From Hyphomicrobiaceae bacterium (GTDB lineage Bacteria > Pseudomonadota > Alphaproteobacteria > Rhizobiales > HXMU1428-3): a stretch of DNA of 56,357 nt. The translations under genes were made by a program, and so were the position numbers. The notes under the pieces are model-generated. The model was not told the DNA's origin and ran no database searches. It saw nothing but the letters and a program-made list of their open reading frames with translations. Positions 20,440 to 31,283 of the stretch are shown here, one piece after another. Within the stretch, counting starts at the first letter, position 1. Each line of letters opens with the position of its first letter. The stretch is taken from the NCBI GenBank assembly GCA_021775775.1, contig JAJFHF010000109.1, positions 1-56,357 on the forward strand, written 5' to 3'.

Positions 20440-21156
20440 TTACGTTCTCATTTCAATCTGACGAGATAATATAGCGCCAAATTCATCAGCAAACCCTTCG
20501 TACCGATGCGACAATCGGGCAATATCAGACGAAAACTTATTATAAAAAATCACCGCAGGGATCGCAGCCAACAACCCAAGGGCGGTGGCAAACAAAGCCT
20601 CAGCAATACCAGGGGCCACCACGGCCAAACTCGTGTTTTTTGAAGCCGCAATCGAGGAAAAACTATTCATAATCCCCCAAACCGTGCCAAAAAGCCCAAC
20701 AAACGGCGCTGTTGAGCCCACAGTGGCCAAAAACAATAATTTAGATTCCAGCTTATCAATCTCACGATTAACCGCGACATCCATCACTTTTTCAATTCGC
20801 ATTTGAACGGTGGGCATAACTTTGGGGCCCGCCTTCAAGCTCTCTCTCCATTCACGCATGGCAGAGGTAAAAACACTTTCAATACCCTTGGTCTCTCGTT
20901 TTGTAATCTCTTCATACAGCTCTTCAAACGGTTCACCTGACCAAAATTGCTTTTCAAAAAAATCAGAGTGTTTGCGGGCGCGCTTAATGGCAAAGCTTTT
21001 TTCAAACACAATCCCCCAGGCCCAAATAGAGGCCGCAGCCAAGCCAATCATCACGATTTTAACGACGATATCTGCTTGCATAAAAAGGGAGAGAAAAGAA
21101 AATTCACCCTGATTCAGGCCAACCGTCCCTGCAGCTAAAACAACACTCGGGTCCAT
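20440..21156 (-). CDS. tolQ: TolQ
   Basis: LATVGSTAPFVGLFGTVWGIM, VAPGIAEALFATALGL. Confidence 0.96.
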   Translation of the reverse strand: MDPSVVLAAGTVGLNQGEFSFLSLFMQADIVVKIVMIGLAAASIWAWGIVFEKSFAIKRARKHSDFFEKQFWSGEPFEELYEEITKRETKGIESVFTSAMREWRESLKAGPKVMPTVQMRIEKVMDVAVNREIDKLESKLLFLATVGSTAPFVGLFGTVWGIMNSFSSIAASKNTSLAVVAPGIAEALFATALGLLAAIPAVIFYNKFSSDIARLSHRYEGFADEFGAILSRQIEMRT

Positions 21157-21391
21157 AAAATTCCTCTAAATCCTGGTCACTTCAAGAGACGGCCCTTCAA
21201 GAGACTTCTTTTCATTATTTAAACGTAAAGCTCAACAATCATTCACATGGTTTTGTGACAAAACAAGGGCTTTAAAATGATCGTTAAAGGGCCACAATCT
21301 CACTACACAACCAATCTTAACTATAAACTGGATAAATTATTCGCGAACAAGGCACAAGCCTTGATGTTTAATCCCTCTTGCAAAAGAACGA

Positions 21392-21871
21392 TCAACTCTC
21401 TTTAGATAAAAAGGCTTCCCTCGTGGCCTCATCCATGCGAGCCGGTCGTCCCTCCCCACTCATATGCACAATCACCACCTTGGCGCAAAACAAAACGGTA
21501 TCACCGCGGCGCACCTCTTGGATCAAAGTAACAGAGGCAGAACCCAGTTCATCGACACGGCTAACAACCTCAAGCTGATCATCCATTAATGCTGGCTTGA
21601 GATAATCCAACTCCATACGGCGCACCACAAAAAACCGCTGTTTTTTAGGATCTTTTTGCGCAAACATATCTTTTTGATGCAACCCTAACAACCGAACAAA
21701 CTCAGTGCGGGCCCGCTCGCACCAGAGCAAATAACTGGCATGATAGACAAGACCAGAAAAGTCCGTATCCTCGTAATAAACCCGGATTGGCAAAAAATGT
21801 TGCTGCCCCTCCAGATGTCCGCTTAAATTTTGCCACTTATCACTCAAATTATAAACCCTTATTGAAAACAC
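21392..21871 (-). CDS. ybgC: Tol-Pal-associated acyl-CoA thioesterase
   Basis: RVYYEDTDFSGLVYHASYL, ERARTE; start uncertain. Confidence 0.93.
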   Translation of the reverse strand: MFSIRVYNLSDKWQNLSGHLEGQQHFLPIRVYYEDTDFSGLVYHASYLLWCERARTEFVRLLGLHQKDMFAQKDPKKQRFFVVRRMELDYLKPALMDDQLEVVSRVDELGSASVTLIQEVRRGDTVLFCAKVVIVHMSGEGRPARMDEATREAFLSKES

Positions 21872-21929
21872 ATTGCTTTACCTATCGTTTTTCATCTTTC
21901 ACGTAAACAATCAATGAAAAATCAATAAC

Positions 21930-21963
21930 AAAAAGGGAGATGAGCCTCCCCAGCTCATCTCCC
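21930..21963 (-). terminator. Rho-independent terminator
   Basis: gggagatgagc-ctcccca-gctcatctccc perfect 11-bp stem with U-tract on the minus strand. Confidence 0.8.
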
Positions 21964-22009
21964 GTAAAACCAACTCTAAACCATAAAGGTCAACAATCCT
22001 GCCTGAAAC

Positions 22010-22696
22010 TTAGGCAGCGTGACGCTTGCGCGTAACCGCGCTCGTTGCCCCATTTATATAAGGAACCTGCCCGCCAAGCGCTTCTGCTTTGGCACCCAGC
22101 GCCAAGGCCCGTGTCTCTAAATCGTCACTAGAAATTCCACTATCCAGGTTTTCAATGGCTGATTTTACTTTATCAGCCAACCCCTCCCACATACCTTGAA
22201 TGATACAAAACGCATAAGCTTGTTCCCCGTCATTCGGCCCAAACCCTGAAAACAAAGCCCCAAGCGCCAACAATTCATGGTCCACTCGCAAATCAAAAGC
22301 CTTAGCACTGGCATTTGCATATTCATAAACCCGCAAACCGCGCGCCACACCAGCAGCTCCCTGTTGCCCCCGAACCAGTTCAACCGCTTTGCTCACACTG
22401 CTAGAAAGAGGTAAACTAAGATCATCCCGGTCAATAAAAACAACTTTGTTAGGCGGTGTTGGTAGGTCATCATCCAAAACGGCGACAACCTGCTCTTTCA
22501 CCTGATCAAGAACATCACCAGCCTTTTTGCTCACACTCGATACAGCCTCCTGTGAGGCATCAACAACATCTTCAACCTGGGCGACCCCAGAGGCCACAGC
22601 TTCTTTTGTCTTCAAGCTAGCTTGCTGACTTAGATCTTGTGCTTGCTCAACCGTTTCAGCCCCTAGACCAAACAATTTCTTAATCATTCCCATCAT
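22010..22696 (-). CDS. Hypothetical protein: low-complexity helical N-terminus plus degenerate HD-domain-like C-terminus
   Basis: RBS GGAG; C-terminal half resembles cyanamide-hydratase-like HD proteins (LRVY...DHELLALGALF) but lacks the HD residues. Confidence 0.6.
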   Translation of the reverse strand: MMGMIKKLFGLGAETVEQAQDLSQQASLKTKEAVASGVAQVEDVVDASQEAVSSVSKKAGDVLDQVKEQVVAVLDDDLPTPPNKVVFIDRDDLSLPLSSSVSKAVELVRGQQGAAGVARGLRVYEYANASAKAFDLRVDHELLALGALFSGFGPNDGEQAYAFCIIQGMWEGLADKVKSAIENLDSGISSDDLETRALALGAKAEALGGQVPYINGATSAVTRKRHAA

Positions 22697-22901
22697 GGCA
22701 TTATCTCCAGCGCATATCTAAAGGTCCATTATCATCTCATCATGATCATAATAAAATGACCATGAGCCGTATACATACCGTATAAAGTAACCCTAGAGCG
22801 ACGCCAAAGAAATCAAACTTTAGGCCGCAAACACCTCAAATAACCGACAAACCAAGCTGAATAACCGACCAAAAAACAAAAATGAGCAACATTCAATACA
22901 T

Positions 22902-23960
22902 TCACTCATCAGATCCGTTAAATAAATCTTCTAAATTTTCCTGGGCAGGCGGCACCCGTTTCACACCCAAATGTGCGAAAGCACGCGCAGTCGCCACACG
23001 GCCGCGCGGCGTGCGTGCAATCAAGCCTTGCTGCATCAAATAAGGTTCAACAATTTCCTCGAGGGCATCGCGCGGTTCAGAAAGAGCCGCTGCAATGGTC
23101 TCAATCCCAACCGGGCCACCCTCATAATTATGAATGATGCACCCTAAATAACGATGATCCAACTGATCAAGCCCCAACTTATCAACCTCAAGTTGAGACA
23201 AGGCCTTATCAGCGATCTCCTTGGTAATATCCCCGCCCCCATAAACCAGTGCAAAATCTCGCACCCGGCGCAGCAAGCGCCCCGCTATCCGCGGTGTCCC
23301 GCGAGCCCGTTTGGCAATTTCTTCAGACCCATCAGGTGAGATTTGCAACCCCATAACCTTGGCACCGCGCGTAACAATTTTGACCAATTCAGCTGTTTCA
23401 TAAAAATTCAATCGAATGGGAATGCCAAATCTGTCACGCAACGGCGTCGTGAGCAAACCAGCTCGTGTCGTGGCCCCAACCAGTGTAAATTTAGCCAACT
23501 CAATGCGCACCGAGCGCGCCGCCGGCCCCTCCCCAATAATCAGGTCCAATTGATAATCTTCCATCGCTGGATAGAGCACTTCTTCCACCGCCGGGTTCAA
23601 CCGGTGAATCTCATCGATAAACAAAACATCCCGGTCTTCTAAATTGGTCAACAAAGCCGCCAGATCACCCGCCTTGGCAATCACCGGGCCAGAGGTTGCA
23701 CGAAAATTCACGCCCAGTTCGCGCGCCACAATTTGCGCCAATGTCGTTTTACCAAGCCCAGGCGGGCCGGCAAACAACACATGATCAAGCGCCTCTGTGC
23801 GCTGCTTAGCCGCCTCAATAAAAACCCGCATATTATGCCGGGCTTGTTCCTGGCCAATAAAGTCATCCAGCACCAAGGGGCGAATGGAGCGTTCTTCCTC
23901 ATCTGTCAATTTTGGTCCCGGTGTCACAAGCCGCTGGTCTTCAGATTTTGGATCGCTCAT
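22902..23960 (-). CDS. ruvB: Holliday junction helicase RuvB
   Basis: [39 protein letters not shown]. Confidence 0.98.
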   Translation of the reverse strand: MSDPKSEDQRLVTPGPKLTDEEERSIRPLVLDDFIGQEQARHNMRVFIEAAKQRTEALDHVLFAGPPGLGKTTLAQIVARELGVNFRATSGPVIAKAGDLAALLTNLEDRDVLFIDEIHRLNPAVEEVLYPAMEDYQLDLIIGEGPAARSVRIELAKFTLVGATTRAGLLTTPLRDRFGIPIRLNFYETAELVKIVTRGAKVMGLQISPDGSEEIAKRARGTPRIAGRLLRRVRDFALVYGGGDITKEIADKALSQLEVDKLGLDQLDHRYLGCIIHNYEGGPVGIETIAAALSEPRDALEEIVEPYLMQQGLIARTPRGRVATARAFAHLGVKRVPPAQENLEDLFNGSDE

Positions 23961-24598
23961 TGAGCCAGCTCCTTCAGACTAAGACGAATGAGCTCTTCCA
24001 CATGCGCCTCTTCACCCACATCTTGAAACACGCGGGCAACCGCCATGCTGGCATCACCAGCCGGGTACCCCAAATTCGTAAGCGCAGAGACAGCATCAGC
24101 CGCCGCACTCGTTCCCCCTTGCGGGACAACGCCAACATTTAAACCTTCCGGCGCACTCCCGCTACCACCAAGCGTCTTGCCATCAATGATCGAAGGCGTC
24201 GGTATTTTGTCTTTTAATTCTGAAACAATACGCCCCGCAACCTTAGGCCCAACACCAGGTGCGCGCGATACAATTGCCTTATCTTGCAGCGTGATTGCAT
24301 TGGTCAGATCACCAACACTCAGCGTTCCTAAAATCGCCAATGCAACTTTTGCCCCGACCCCCTGGACGCTTTGTAATTTACGAAACCATTCGCGTTGAAA
24401 ATCAGTTTCAAACCCAAACAGTTTTATCTCAGTTTCGCGCACATGAGTTTCAATCGACAGCTCCGCCCGCTCCCCTGTTGAGGGCAAAGCACCAAGCGTG
24501 CGCGAAGAACAATAAACCTCATAGCACACACCATTGACATCAATGAGCAACCAATCCTCACCAATGACCTCAATAATCCCTTTAAGCTTACCAATCAT
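23957..24598 (-). CDS. ruvA: Holliday junction DNA-binding protein RuvA
   Basis: [37 protein letters not shown]; 4-nt overlap with ruvB. Confidence 0.97.
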   Translation of the reverse strand: MIGKLKGIIEVIGEDWLLIDVNGVCYEVYCSSRTLGALPSTGERAELSIETHVRETEIKLFGFETDFQREWFRKLQSVQGVGAKVALAILGTLSVGDLTNAITLQDKAIVSRAPGVGPKVAGRIVSELKDKIPTPSIIDGKTLGGSGSAPEGLNVGVVPQGGTSAAADAVSALTNLGYPAGDASMAVARVFQDVGEEAHVEELIRLSLKELAQ

Positions 24599-24655
24599 AA
24601 TGTACCTTTTTCATCAAAAAGAGCAGAAGCTAGAAATGCCAATAATCTAAAAATC

Positions 24656-25207
24656 TTAAAAAGCTGAAAGCACCCGGGCCGCACGGCGATTATGCCCATG
24701 ACAAATAGCAATGGCCAGCGCGTCCGCTGCATCATCCGTATCTGGAGCCGCTTTGGGAAGTAAAATTTTAAGCATGGCATGAATTTGGCGCTTATCAGCA
24801 TGACCAGAGCCCGTTACAGTCTTTTTCACCATATTGGGTGCATATTCAGCCACCAGGCACCCATGCAACGCTGGCACCAATAACGCCACGCCGCGCGCTT
24901 GTCCCAGTTTCAACGTGGCTTTGGCATCTTTATTGACAAAGGTTTGCTCCACAGATGCCTCATCAGGAGCGTAGCGCTCAATTTCAGCGTTCAAGCCCTT
25001 ATAAAGAGCTGCCAAGCGCTCCGCGAGGCTATCCTTAGCATCAGAAACAATGGTGCCACCCGCCACATAAGACAAGCGCACACCATCAAAATCAATCACG
25101 CCCCATCCCATACGCCGCAAACCAGGGTCAATGCCCAAAATACGAATTGTCTGATTAGAACCTTGTTGATCCACCGGTCGCGCTTTCTTCTCAAATATGA
25201 ATATCAA
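24656..25207 (-). CDS. ruvC: Crossover junction endodeoxyribonuclease RuvC
   Basis: [34 protein letters not shown]; true start probably a little downstream. Confidence 0.96.
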   Translation of the reverse strand: MIFIFEKKARPVDQQGSNQTIRILGIDPGLRRMGWGVIDFDGVRLSYVAGGTIVSDAKDSLAERLAALYKGLNAEIERYAPDEASVEQTFVNKDAKATLKLGQARGVALLVPALHGCLVAEYAPNMVKKTVTGSGHADKRQIHAMLKILLPKAAPDTDDAADALAIAICHGHNRRAARVLSAF

Positions 25208-25262
25208 GAGATTATAAAAGGGCTCTCAAGCAACGCGAAACCACACCCCAATGATGACTGTT

Positions 25263-26006
25263 TTAGCCAAGTTTTTCCAAAAGAGCATCCGAGACTTCAA
25301 AGTTGGCATACACATTTTGCACATCATCTTGGTCTTCAATCGCATCAAGCATCTTTAGAAACTTCTCGCCCTTTTCATCGTCCAACTCAATGGTAACTTG
25401 CGGCTTCCAAATAAGGCGCGCTGAATTCGGGTCCCCAAACTTATCTTCCAAAACTTTGGCAACCTCATGCAAATCATCACCATTCACATAAATCATATGC
25501 TCATCATCATCGCTCTCAACCTCATCGGCACCAGCCTCTAAAGCGGCTTCAAACATAGCCTCTTCATCGGCCACACTGGCGCGATATTCAATCGCCCCCA
25601 CCTGATCAAAGCCAAAAGAGACAGCCCCCGTCTCGCCAAGATTCCCCCCACCTTTAGAAAAAATCGATCGAATTTCACCAGCGGTGCGATTGCGGTTATC
25701 AGTCAGCGTCTCAATGATAACACCAACGCCCGCAACACCAAATCCTTCATAGCGGACTTCTTCATAATTTTCCCCGCCCGCATCCAAAGATTTTTTAACC
25801 GCGCGTTCAATATTATCTTTGGGCATGTTCTGCGCTTTGGCAGCTTGAATGGCGGTGCGCAACCTAGGATTCATATCCGGCTCAGGCGTCCCCATTTTGG
25901 CCGCAACGGTAATCTCTTTAGCCAACTTAGAAAAAATCTTGGACCGCTTTTTATCTTGGGCACCCTTACGGTGCATAATGTTCTTAAACTTGGAATGGCC
26001 CGCCAT
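25263..26006 (-). CDS. yebC: YebC/PmpR family protein
   Basis: [39 protein letters not shown]. Confidence 0.97.
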   Translation of the reverse strand: MAGHSKFKNIMHRKGAQDKKRSKIFSKLAKEITVAAKMGTPEPDMNPRLRTAIQAAKAQNMPKDNIERAVKKSLDAGGENYEEVRYEGFGVAGVGVIIETLTDNRNRTAGEIRSIFSKGGGNLGETGAVSFGFDQVGAIEYRASVADEEAMFEAALEAGADEVESDDDEHMIYVNGDDLHEVAKVLEDKFGDPNSARLIWKPQVTIELDDEKGEKFLKMLDAIEDQDDVQNVYANFEVSDALLEKLG

Positions 26007-26255
26007 ATCCTAAACCTCATACAATCTCAATTTAAATAAGTCTCAATTTTAATTACAAAACTCTCAAACCATCAACGGTCTAATCATACAAGAGCCGATA
26101 AAAAATCCAAAGCGCTCTCGTTCAATAAAACTGAATCAGTTGAAAGGGTTTTATAAGCGAGCACACACGCAAAATCCAGCTTCAACTCATTTTCTTGCGC
26201 TCAAAACCGCCCCAAGGCCTCATTAAGAGGACAAAACACCCCACAAAGATAAAAA

Positions 26256-26271
26256 TTAACCTTTTGTTAAC
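26256..26271 (+). promoter_or_regulatory. Perfect CtrA box
   Basis: TTAA-CCTTTTG-TTAAC in the long TIGR00282-yebC intergenic region. Confidence 0.65.
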
Positions 26272-26628
26272 CTCAAATTCGGCATCATTACCCCAATGGA
26301 GCAAATGATTCTTTAAGTAGTGAATTGATCATTCATTATTTTTCATGATGTTCCATTAAAGTGAAGGAAAAATTCAGTACCTATAATTTATTAAGCTTCA
26401 GTTCGATTGAACAATGTTTCACTCCATAACTGAACAAAATAAACCAATAGCAAACCATGGACCCCGATCTTAAAACTGAACAATTTAGCTAATCGTTCAG
26501 TCTCATAGTGCTGATAAGGAGCTGCATAACGAGCCCGTTTGCAAATAGCTGCCTTACACATGTGAACCGCGTGTCGTGTTTATGAAAGATGAATGACCCC
26601 AGAATTTTTTGTCTTTTATGATGACCCT

Positions 26629-27456
26629 TTAAAAACTGACCCAAAATAGCGGCTCGGATCGACTTAAATGTCCTCCGAGCCGCAATGGGCCCGCCTCAAC
26701 AGCCAAGCCCGTATTATCATCAATCTCCACACAAAACCCACAAATCGTCGCCTCTCCAACCTTTGGTTGAAAACGTGCTCTTGGTACCCGGCTCACAAAC
26801 CTCTCAACCGGTTCGTCTGCCTCCATACCAATCACGCTATCATAACAGCCGCACATCCCTGCATCCGTTAAAAACGCAGTCCCGCCAGACAGAACACGAG
26901 CGTCACTTGTTGGCACATGAGTATGGGTGCCCACAACCATAGAGGCACGCCCATCAACAAAATGCCCCATAGCTTGTTTCTCAGATGTCGCCTCGCAATG
27001 AAAGTCAATCAAAATAGCGTCAACCATTTGCCCCAGCGGACTAGCTGTAATCTCGCGCTCAATGGCAGCAAATGGACAATCCATCTCAGGCATAAACACC
27101 CGCCCAACACTATGAATGACCAAAACATCCTTACCTGTACTGGTTTTAAACAACCCGGCCCCAGCCCCTGGCGCTCCTTTGGGGTAATTAATCGGGCGCA
27201 ATAATTGTGGGTGGCGCTCAATAAACACCAAGGCATCTCGTTTGTCCCAAACATGATCCCCCCCTGTGACCACATCGGCACCTGCGTCAACCAGCTCCAT
27301 TAAAACATCTTCGGTAATTCCAAAACCACCAGCCGCATTATCCCCATTCACCACGATAAAATCGAGCTTATAAGTTTCTCGTAATTTGGGGAGTTCTTCA
27401 ACCACAGCTTGGCGACCGCTTCGCCCAACAACATCCCCCAAAAAAAGCACTCGCAT
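26629..27456 (-). CDS. TIGR00282/YmdB family metallophosphoesterase
   Basis: FLGDVVGRSGR, NGDNAAGGFG, DFHCEATSEK, GTHTHVPT, TDAGMCG. Confidence 0.95.
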   Translation of the reverse strand: MRVLFLGDVVGRSGRQAVVEELPKLRETYKLDFIVVNGDNAAGGFGITEDVLMELVDAGADVVTGGDHVWDKRDALVFIERHPQLLRPINYPKGAPGAGAGLFKTSTGKDVLVIHSVGRVFMPEMDCPFAAIEREITASPLGQMVDAILIDFHCEATSEKQAMGHFVDGRASMVVGTHTHVPTSDARVLSGGTAFLTDAGMCGCYDSVIGMEADEPVERFVSRVPRARFQPKVGEATICGFCVEIDDNTGLAVEAGPLRLGGHLSRSEPLFWVSF

Positions 27457-27582
27457 AAATCAACCCATCTTGTTTACCTGTCTTAACCCAGACAAATTTA
27501 TCTCAAATATCAAACAACACAGTCTTTTGTTTGGCTACCAAATAGCACACTCTTTTATATTTGTGCCAAATAGCGCACAGCT

Positions 27583-28194
27583 TTATTTTTGCGCTAAATA
27601 GCGCGCCTGTCGCTCTTCATTCCACACCTTACAAAGAGAAGGCGTAATCACACCATCAAGCAATTGATCATGGTCTTCGCTTGCCAAGTGATCAACCAAT
27701 TGCACATCATAACCAACTCCAAAAGCGCGCGCGCCTTTGCCCTTCAAATTAAACAAAGTTCGATCATAAAACCCCCCACCATAGCCCAAACGAACACCAG
27801 TTCCATCCACGCCCAACAGAGGCAGCAAAAGAAAATCAGGCTGAACAACTTTTGCATCCGCCATTGGTTGCAAGGTTTCAAAAGGACCACTAATCAACAT
27901 ATCCCCAGGCACCCAAGATCGAAATTGCAAAGGGCTCCCTTTTTCAACAACCTCCGGCAAGCAAAGCTGAGCACCACGTTTTGAGAATTCAACCATTAAG
28001 GGGCGAGGGTCAATTTCAGTCCCAATAGGAATATAACCAGACACAAGAGAAGGTTTTTGAGAGCTGACAAGAACATCAATCATTTGGGCCAATAAAGACG
28101 CACTAAGACAGCCATTAGCCTGATCTTGATCAAAAGCTTGAGAGCGTTTACGAGCCTGCTTACGTCTTTGTTCTTGTTTTTCAGCGCTCACCAT
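27583..28194 (-). CDS. ygfA: 5-formyltetrahydrofolate cyclo-ligase
   Basis: EIDPRPL, RLGYGGGFYDRTL, HDQLLDGVITP; directly downstream of 6S RNA. Confidence 0.95.
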   Translation of the reverse strand: MVSAEKQEQRRKQARKRSQAFDQDQANGCLSASLLAQMIDVLVSSQKPSLVSGYIPIGTEIDPRPLMVEFSKRGAQLCLPEVVEKGSPLQFRSWVPGDMLISGPFETLQPMADAKVVQPDFLLLPLLGVDGTGVRLGYGGGFYDRTLFNLKGKGARAFGVGYDVQLVDHLASEDHDQLLDGVITPSLCKVWNEERQARYLAQK

Positions 28195-28271
28195 CAGCCA
28201 TATCCGGACTTTAAGTGAAAAAGCCCTTTTTCAATTTTGCAAAGTTAGTTTATGCAAAAATGTTAAACAGT

Positions 28272-28428
28272 AGAGCCGCCAATGCCGTCGGTAAAAGTTA
28301 ATCCCTGGATCCCTACTTGTGTAGGTGGGCACCGAGTGATCAAGACCACGGTCCTAAACAGGGTCAGTTCCCTAGAGAAACTTATAGGCCCCGGAAAAAA
28401 AGTCACCAAACAAACACAGCAGCTCTGC
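28272..28428 (-). ncRNA. ssrS: 6S RNA
   Basis: Long rod with terminal AGAGCTGC...GCGGCTCT pairing; CCGGGGCC, AGGGAACTGACCCT and GGTGCCCACCTAC...GTAGG segments typical of alphaproteobacterial 6S; ssrS-ygfA synteny. Confidence 0.9.
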
Positions 28429-28436
28429 TTTTAAAT

Positions 28437-28465
28437 TCTATAGTTCTAAAAAGAGAATAATTCAA
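28437..28465 (-). promoter_or_regulatory. Sigma70-like promoter of 6S RNA
   Basis: TTGAAT-N17-TATAGA on the minus strand, about 8 nt before the 6S 5' end. Confidence 0.6.
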
Positions 28466-28583
28466 GGATCACTATAACACGAAACCATCACTCATAAACA
28501 TCAAGATAGCTGCAATACTTAATAGGAATTTAAAAAAGAAGATGGCAAACAAAAATCAGAACCGCGTATTAAAGCCAAATAGA

Positions 28584-28853
28584 TTAACCCTCTTGCAAAG
28601 CACCCAAGATCATATCTTCCATCGCCTGCAAACGCTCTAATAATTGTTTTTGGTTTGATGTTAACTGCTTGTTTTGAGCCTTTAAAGAGTGCACCTGCTC
28701 TTGCAATTGATCTCGCTCATTTGTCAAACGACAAATATCTTGGGTCAACTCTTGCAACTCATTTTTAAGTTCATGAGAGGCATCCGATGCATCCATCGCC
28801 CGTGCGTCTTCTTTGTCTGACAATGAAGCTTTACAAGCGTCCTGATTACTCAT
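28584..28853 (-). CDS. Small coiled-coil protein, DUF4164/ZauP-like
   Basis: Heptad-rich ELQELTQDICRLTNERDQL...LERLQAMEDMILGAL; position upstream of 6S; RBS GGAG before MSNQ. Confidence 0.65.
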   Translation of the reverse strand: MSNQDACKASLSDKEDARAMDASDASHELKNELQELTQDICRLTNERDQLQEQVHSLKAQNKQLTSNQKQLLERLQAMEDMILGALQEG

Positions 28854-29360
28854 GAAAATCTCCAATAAATTAAAAAAACATACCGTTACTTGATTTTATC
28901 TACATCAAATTTATTAGTAAAATAACAAAGTTAAAATCATGCAGAATCACTAATCATAAGATAAGCTAATTGGGCTATAATAAATTCATATCCCCAGAAA
29001 AACAACGAATTTTTCAGCTAACAGATTAATATCACTAACAGAACATTATAGTTAGCATACATACTTAAATAAAAAAACACCCTTTCCACCATCAAATCAG
29101 GCACTGAATAAAAAAAGAAATTTTCTTTAATCGAGGCCAAATCTCTCAAACACAAAATTAAATATTCATCAAAATGAATTGGCACCATTATTGATTTGGG
29201 CCTATGAGAAAGGCTCAAAGTTGAAAACCGCGACGAAATGGGCTATTGCGAAACCTTCAGCTTTTGGGCAAAACATCGTAAATACAAAAATTCATGATGG
29301 TGTGAGCAATATGATTGTTCTAAAGATCACCCATTCTTACAAAGAGTTTAGGAGACAGTT

Positions 29361-30371
29361 ATGGCACTTAAGGTTGCAATTAATGGTTTTGGACGCATCG
29401 GACGCAATGTCTTACGCGCAGCAGCAGAAGCAAATTGCAAAGACATTGAATTTGTCGCGATTAATGACCTTGGCTCACTAGAGACAACAGCCCATATGCT
29501 GCGTTATGATAGTGTACATGGTCGTTTCCCTGGTGAAGTTAAAATAACAGGTGACAGCATTGATGTAGGACAAGGACCCGTCAAGGTTTATGCAGAGCGG
29601 GATCCAGGCAAACTACCTTGGGCTGACCTTGGTGTTGATATTGTGATGGAATGTACAGGTTTCTTTTCCGCCAAAGACCAAGCCATGGCCCATATTACAG
29701 GGGCTGGCGCTAAAAAAGTGATCGTATCAGCCCCTTCAGCTGGTGCTGATATCACTGTTGTTTATGGTGTAAATCACGACCTAATCAAAGCAGACCACCA
29801 AGTTATCTCAAACGCATCTTGCACAACGAACTGCCTAGCTCCCGTCGCAAAAGTCCTAAACGAGCTTTGCGGGATCGATTGTGGGTTTGTCACAACAGTG
29901 CATGCCTACACAGCTGATCAACGTTTGCATGACATGCCACACTCTGACATGCGCCGCGCACGCGCGGCCGGTTTGTCAATGGTACCAACCTCAACGGGTG
30001 CGGCCAAAGCCGTAGGCCTAGTGCTTCCTGAATTAGCAGGCAAACTAGATGGCACAGCGATACGGGTACCAACACCCAATGTCTCTATGATTGACATGAA
30101 GTTCATTCCAGGACGTGAAACATCGGTTGATGAAATTAATTCAGCAATGCTCAACGCCTCTCAAAATGAGTTAAAGGGCGTACTTGGCTGCGCTACAGAG
30201 CCACTAGTATCAATCGATTTTAATCATGTCGCAGAAAGCTCCACATTTGATGTAAGCCAAACACAAATCGTCGATGGCAAACTTGTTCGTATCCTCTCAT
30301 GGTACGATAATGAATGGGGTTTCTCTAACCGGATGCTAGATACAACCATAGAAGTTGGCAAATACCTTTAG
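29361..30371 (+). CDS. gap: Type I glyceraldehyde-3-phosphate dehydrogenase
   Basis: [37 protein letters not shown]. Confidence 0.98.
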   Translation: MALKVAINGFGRIGRNVLRAAAEANCKDIEFVAINDLGSLETTAHMLRYDSVHGRFPGEVKITGDSIDVGQGPVKVYAERDPGKLPWADLGVDIVMECTGFFSAKDQAMAHITGAGAKKVIVSAPSAGADITVVYGVNHDLIKADHQVISNASCTTNCLAPVAKVLNELCGIDCGFVTTVHAYTADQRLHDMPHSDMRRARAAGLSMVPTSTGAAKAVGLVLPELAGKLDGTAIRVPTPNVSMIDMKFIPGRETSVDEINSAMLNASQNELKGVLGCATEPLVSIDFNHVAESSTFDVSQTQIVDGKLVRILSWYDNEWGFSNRMLDTTIEVGKYL

Positions 30372-30470
30372 AGCGTTCCGCCTAAAAGTGGACACCGGTT
30401 TTAGGGAAAAAGGAACGCCAAAAAAATCTAGAGCATTTAAATAAGTTTATCTAAAAGAAGAATGCTCTAG
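30369..30470. repeat. RIME/BRU-RS/CIR-type alphaproteobacterial palindromic element
   Basis: TAGAGCGTTCC-gcctaaaagtggacACCGGTTTTagg...GGAACGC-caaaaaaatc-TAGAGCATT...AATGCTCTAG two-hairpin architecture; begins with the gap stop codon TAG. Confidence 0.8.
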
Positions 30471-30496
30471 CCACCAGGCAGAACCAGCGTTAAAAC

Positions 30497-30530
30497 AAAG
30501 CCTCTTGGATACACATCCAAGAGGCTTTTT
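30497..30530 (+). terminator. Terminator after gap
   Basis: aaagcctcttggat-acac-atccaagaggcttttt. Confidence 0.85.
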
Positions 30531-30566
30531 ATTATCTTTATCCCCAATCTCTTAAAATGGACGCTC

Positions 30567-31265
30567 ATGCCCGATACCCAAAACATCACACCAGAACTCT
30601 ACTTAATCCTAGATTTAACCCACACCGGCGACCCACTGGAACAAATCGAGGCAGCAGCAAACGTCGCGCCCATAATTTCCGTACTGATAAAGAATGATAC
30701 CAAAGGCTTACTAAACAAAGACCTGATCGCTTCAATTCAAGCTCACAATATTGCCGTTCTTCTAGAAGATAATGAAAAATCCATGGTAACTGATGTCGCC
30801 ATGGCACCTGATATCATAAGGCTTGGCGCAGATGGCATTCATCTCAACACAGATGAGCCAGAGACATATGAAACAGCCCACGAACAACTAAGTGATGATT
30901 ACATCATCGGCATTTCTGTTGACACATCACGCCATAACGCAATGCAAGTGGCCCAAACAGGCGCAAGTTACATCGCCATTGAAAACAAACAACGAGAAGA
31001 AAGCACAACACCTGATTTACCAAATGATCCCAAAGACGAACATGAAACACCACCAACAATTGAATGGTGGGTCACCTTATTTGAAATTCCCTGTGTGGCA
31101 TGGAATATTAATTCAAATGAAGAAGCGCTCGATGCCCAAAACAATGGCGCCGACTTTCTAGCTCTGGCTCCCAGCTTTTGGCAAAAAGGATCTCAAACAC
31201 AAACAGTCCTACAAACATTACAAACTTCACTACAAGCAAACGCAGATACAACCGCTCAAAGCTAA
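30567..31265 (+). CDS. Thiamine-phosphate synthase-like protein (ThiE family)
   Basis: LGADGIHL, SRHNAMQVAQTGASYIA, WWVTLFEIPCVA, GADFLAL; the Rhizobiales-type paralog found upstream of sel1-efp-suhB. Confidence 0.75.
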   Translation: MPDTQNITPELYLILDLTHTGDPLEQIEAAANVAPIISVLIKNDTKGLLNKDLIASIQAHNIAVLLEDNEKSMVTDVAMAPDIIRLGADGIHLNTDEPETYETAHEQLSDDYIIGISVDTSRHNAMQVAQTGASYIAIENKQREESTTPDLPNDPKDEHETPPTIEWWVTLFEIPCVAWNINSNEEALDAQNNGADFLALAPSFWQKGSQTQTVLQTLQTSLQANADTTAQS

Positions 31266-31283
31266 AGAGAAAACCAAGCCATC

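Noticed and set aside
30369-30470. Palindromic element after gap as a novel element
   Set aside because: Matches the known RIME/BRU-RS/CIR architecture; listed as a feature only
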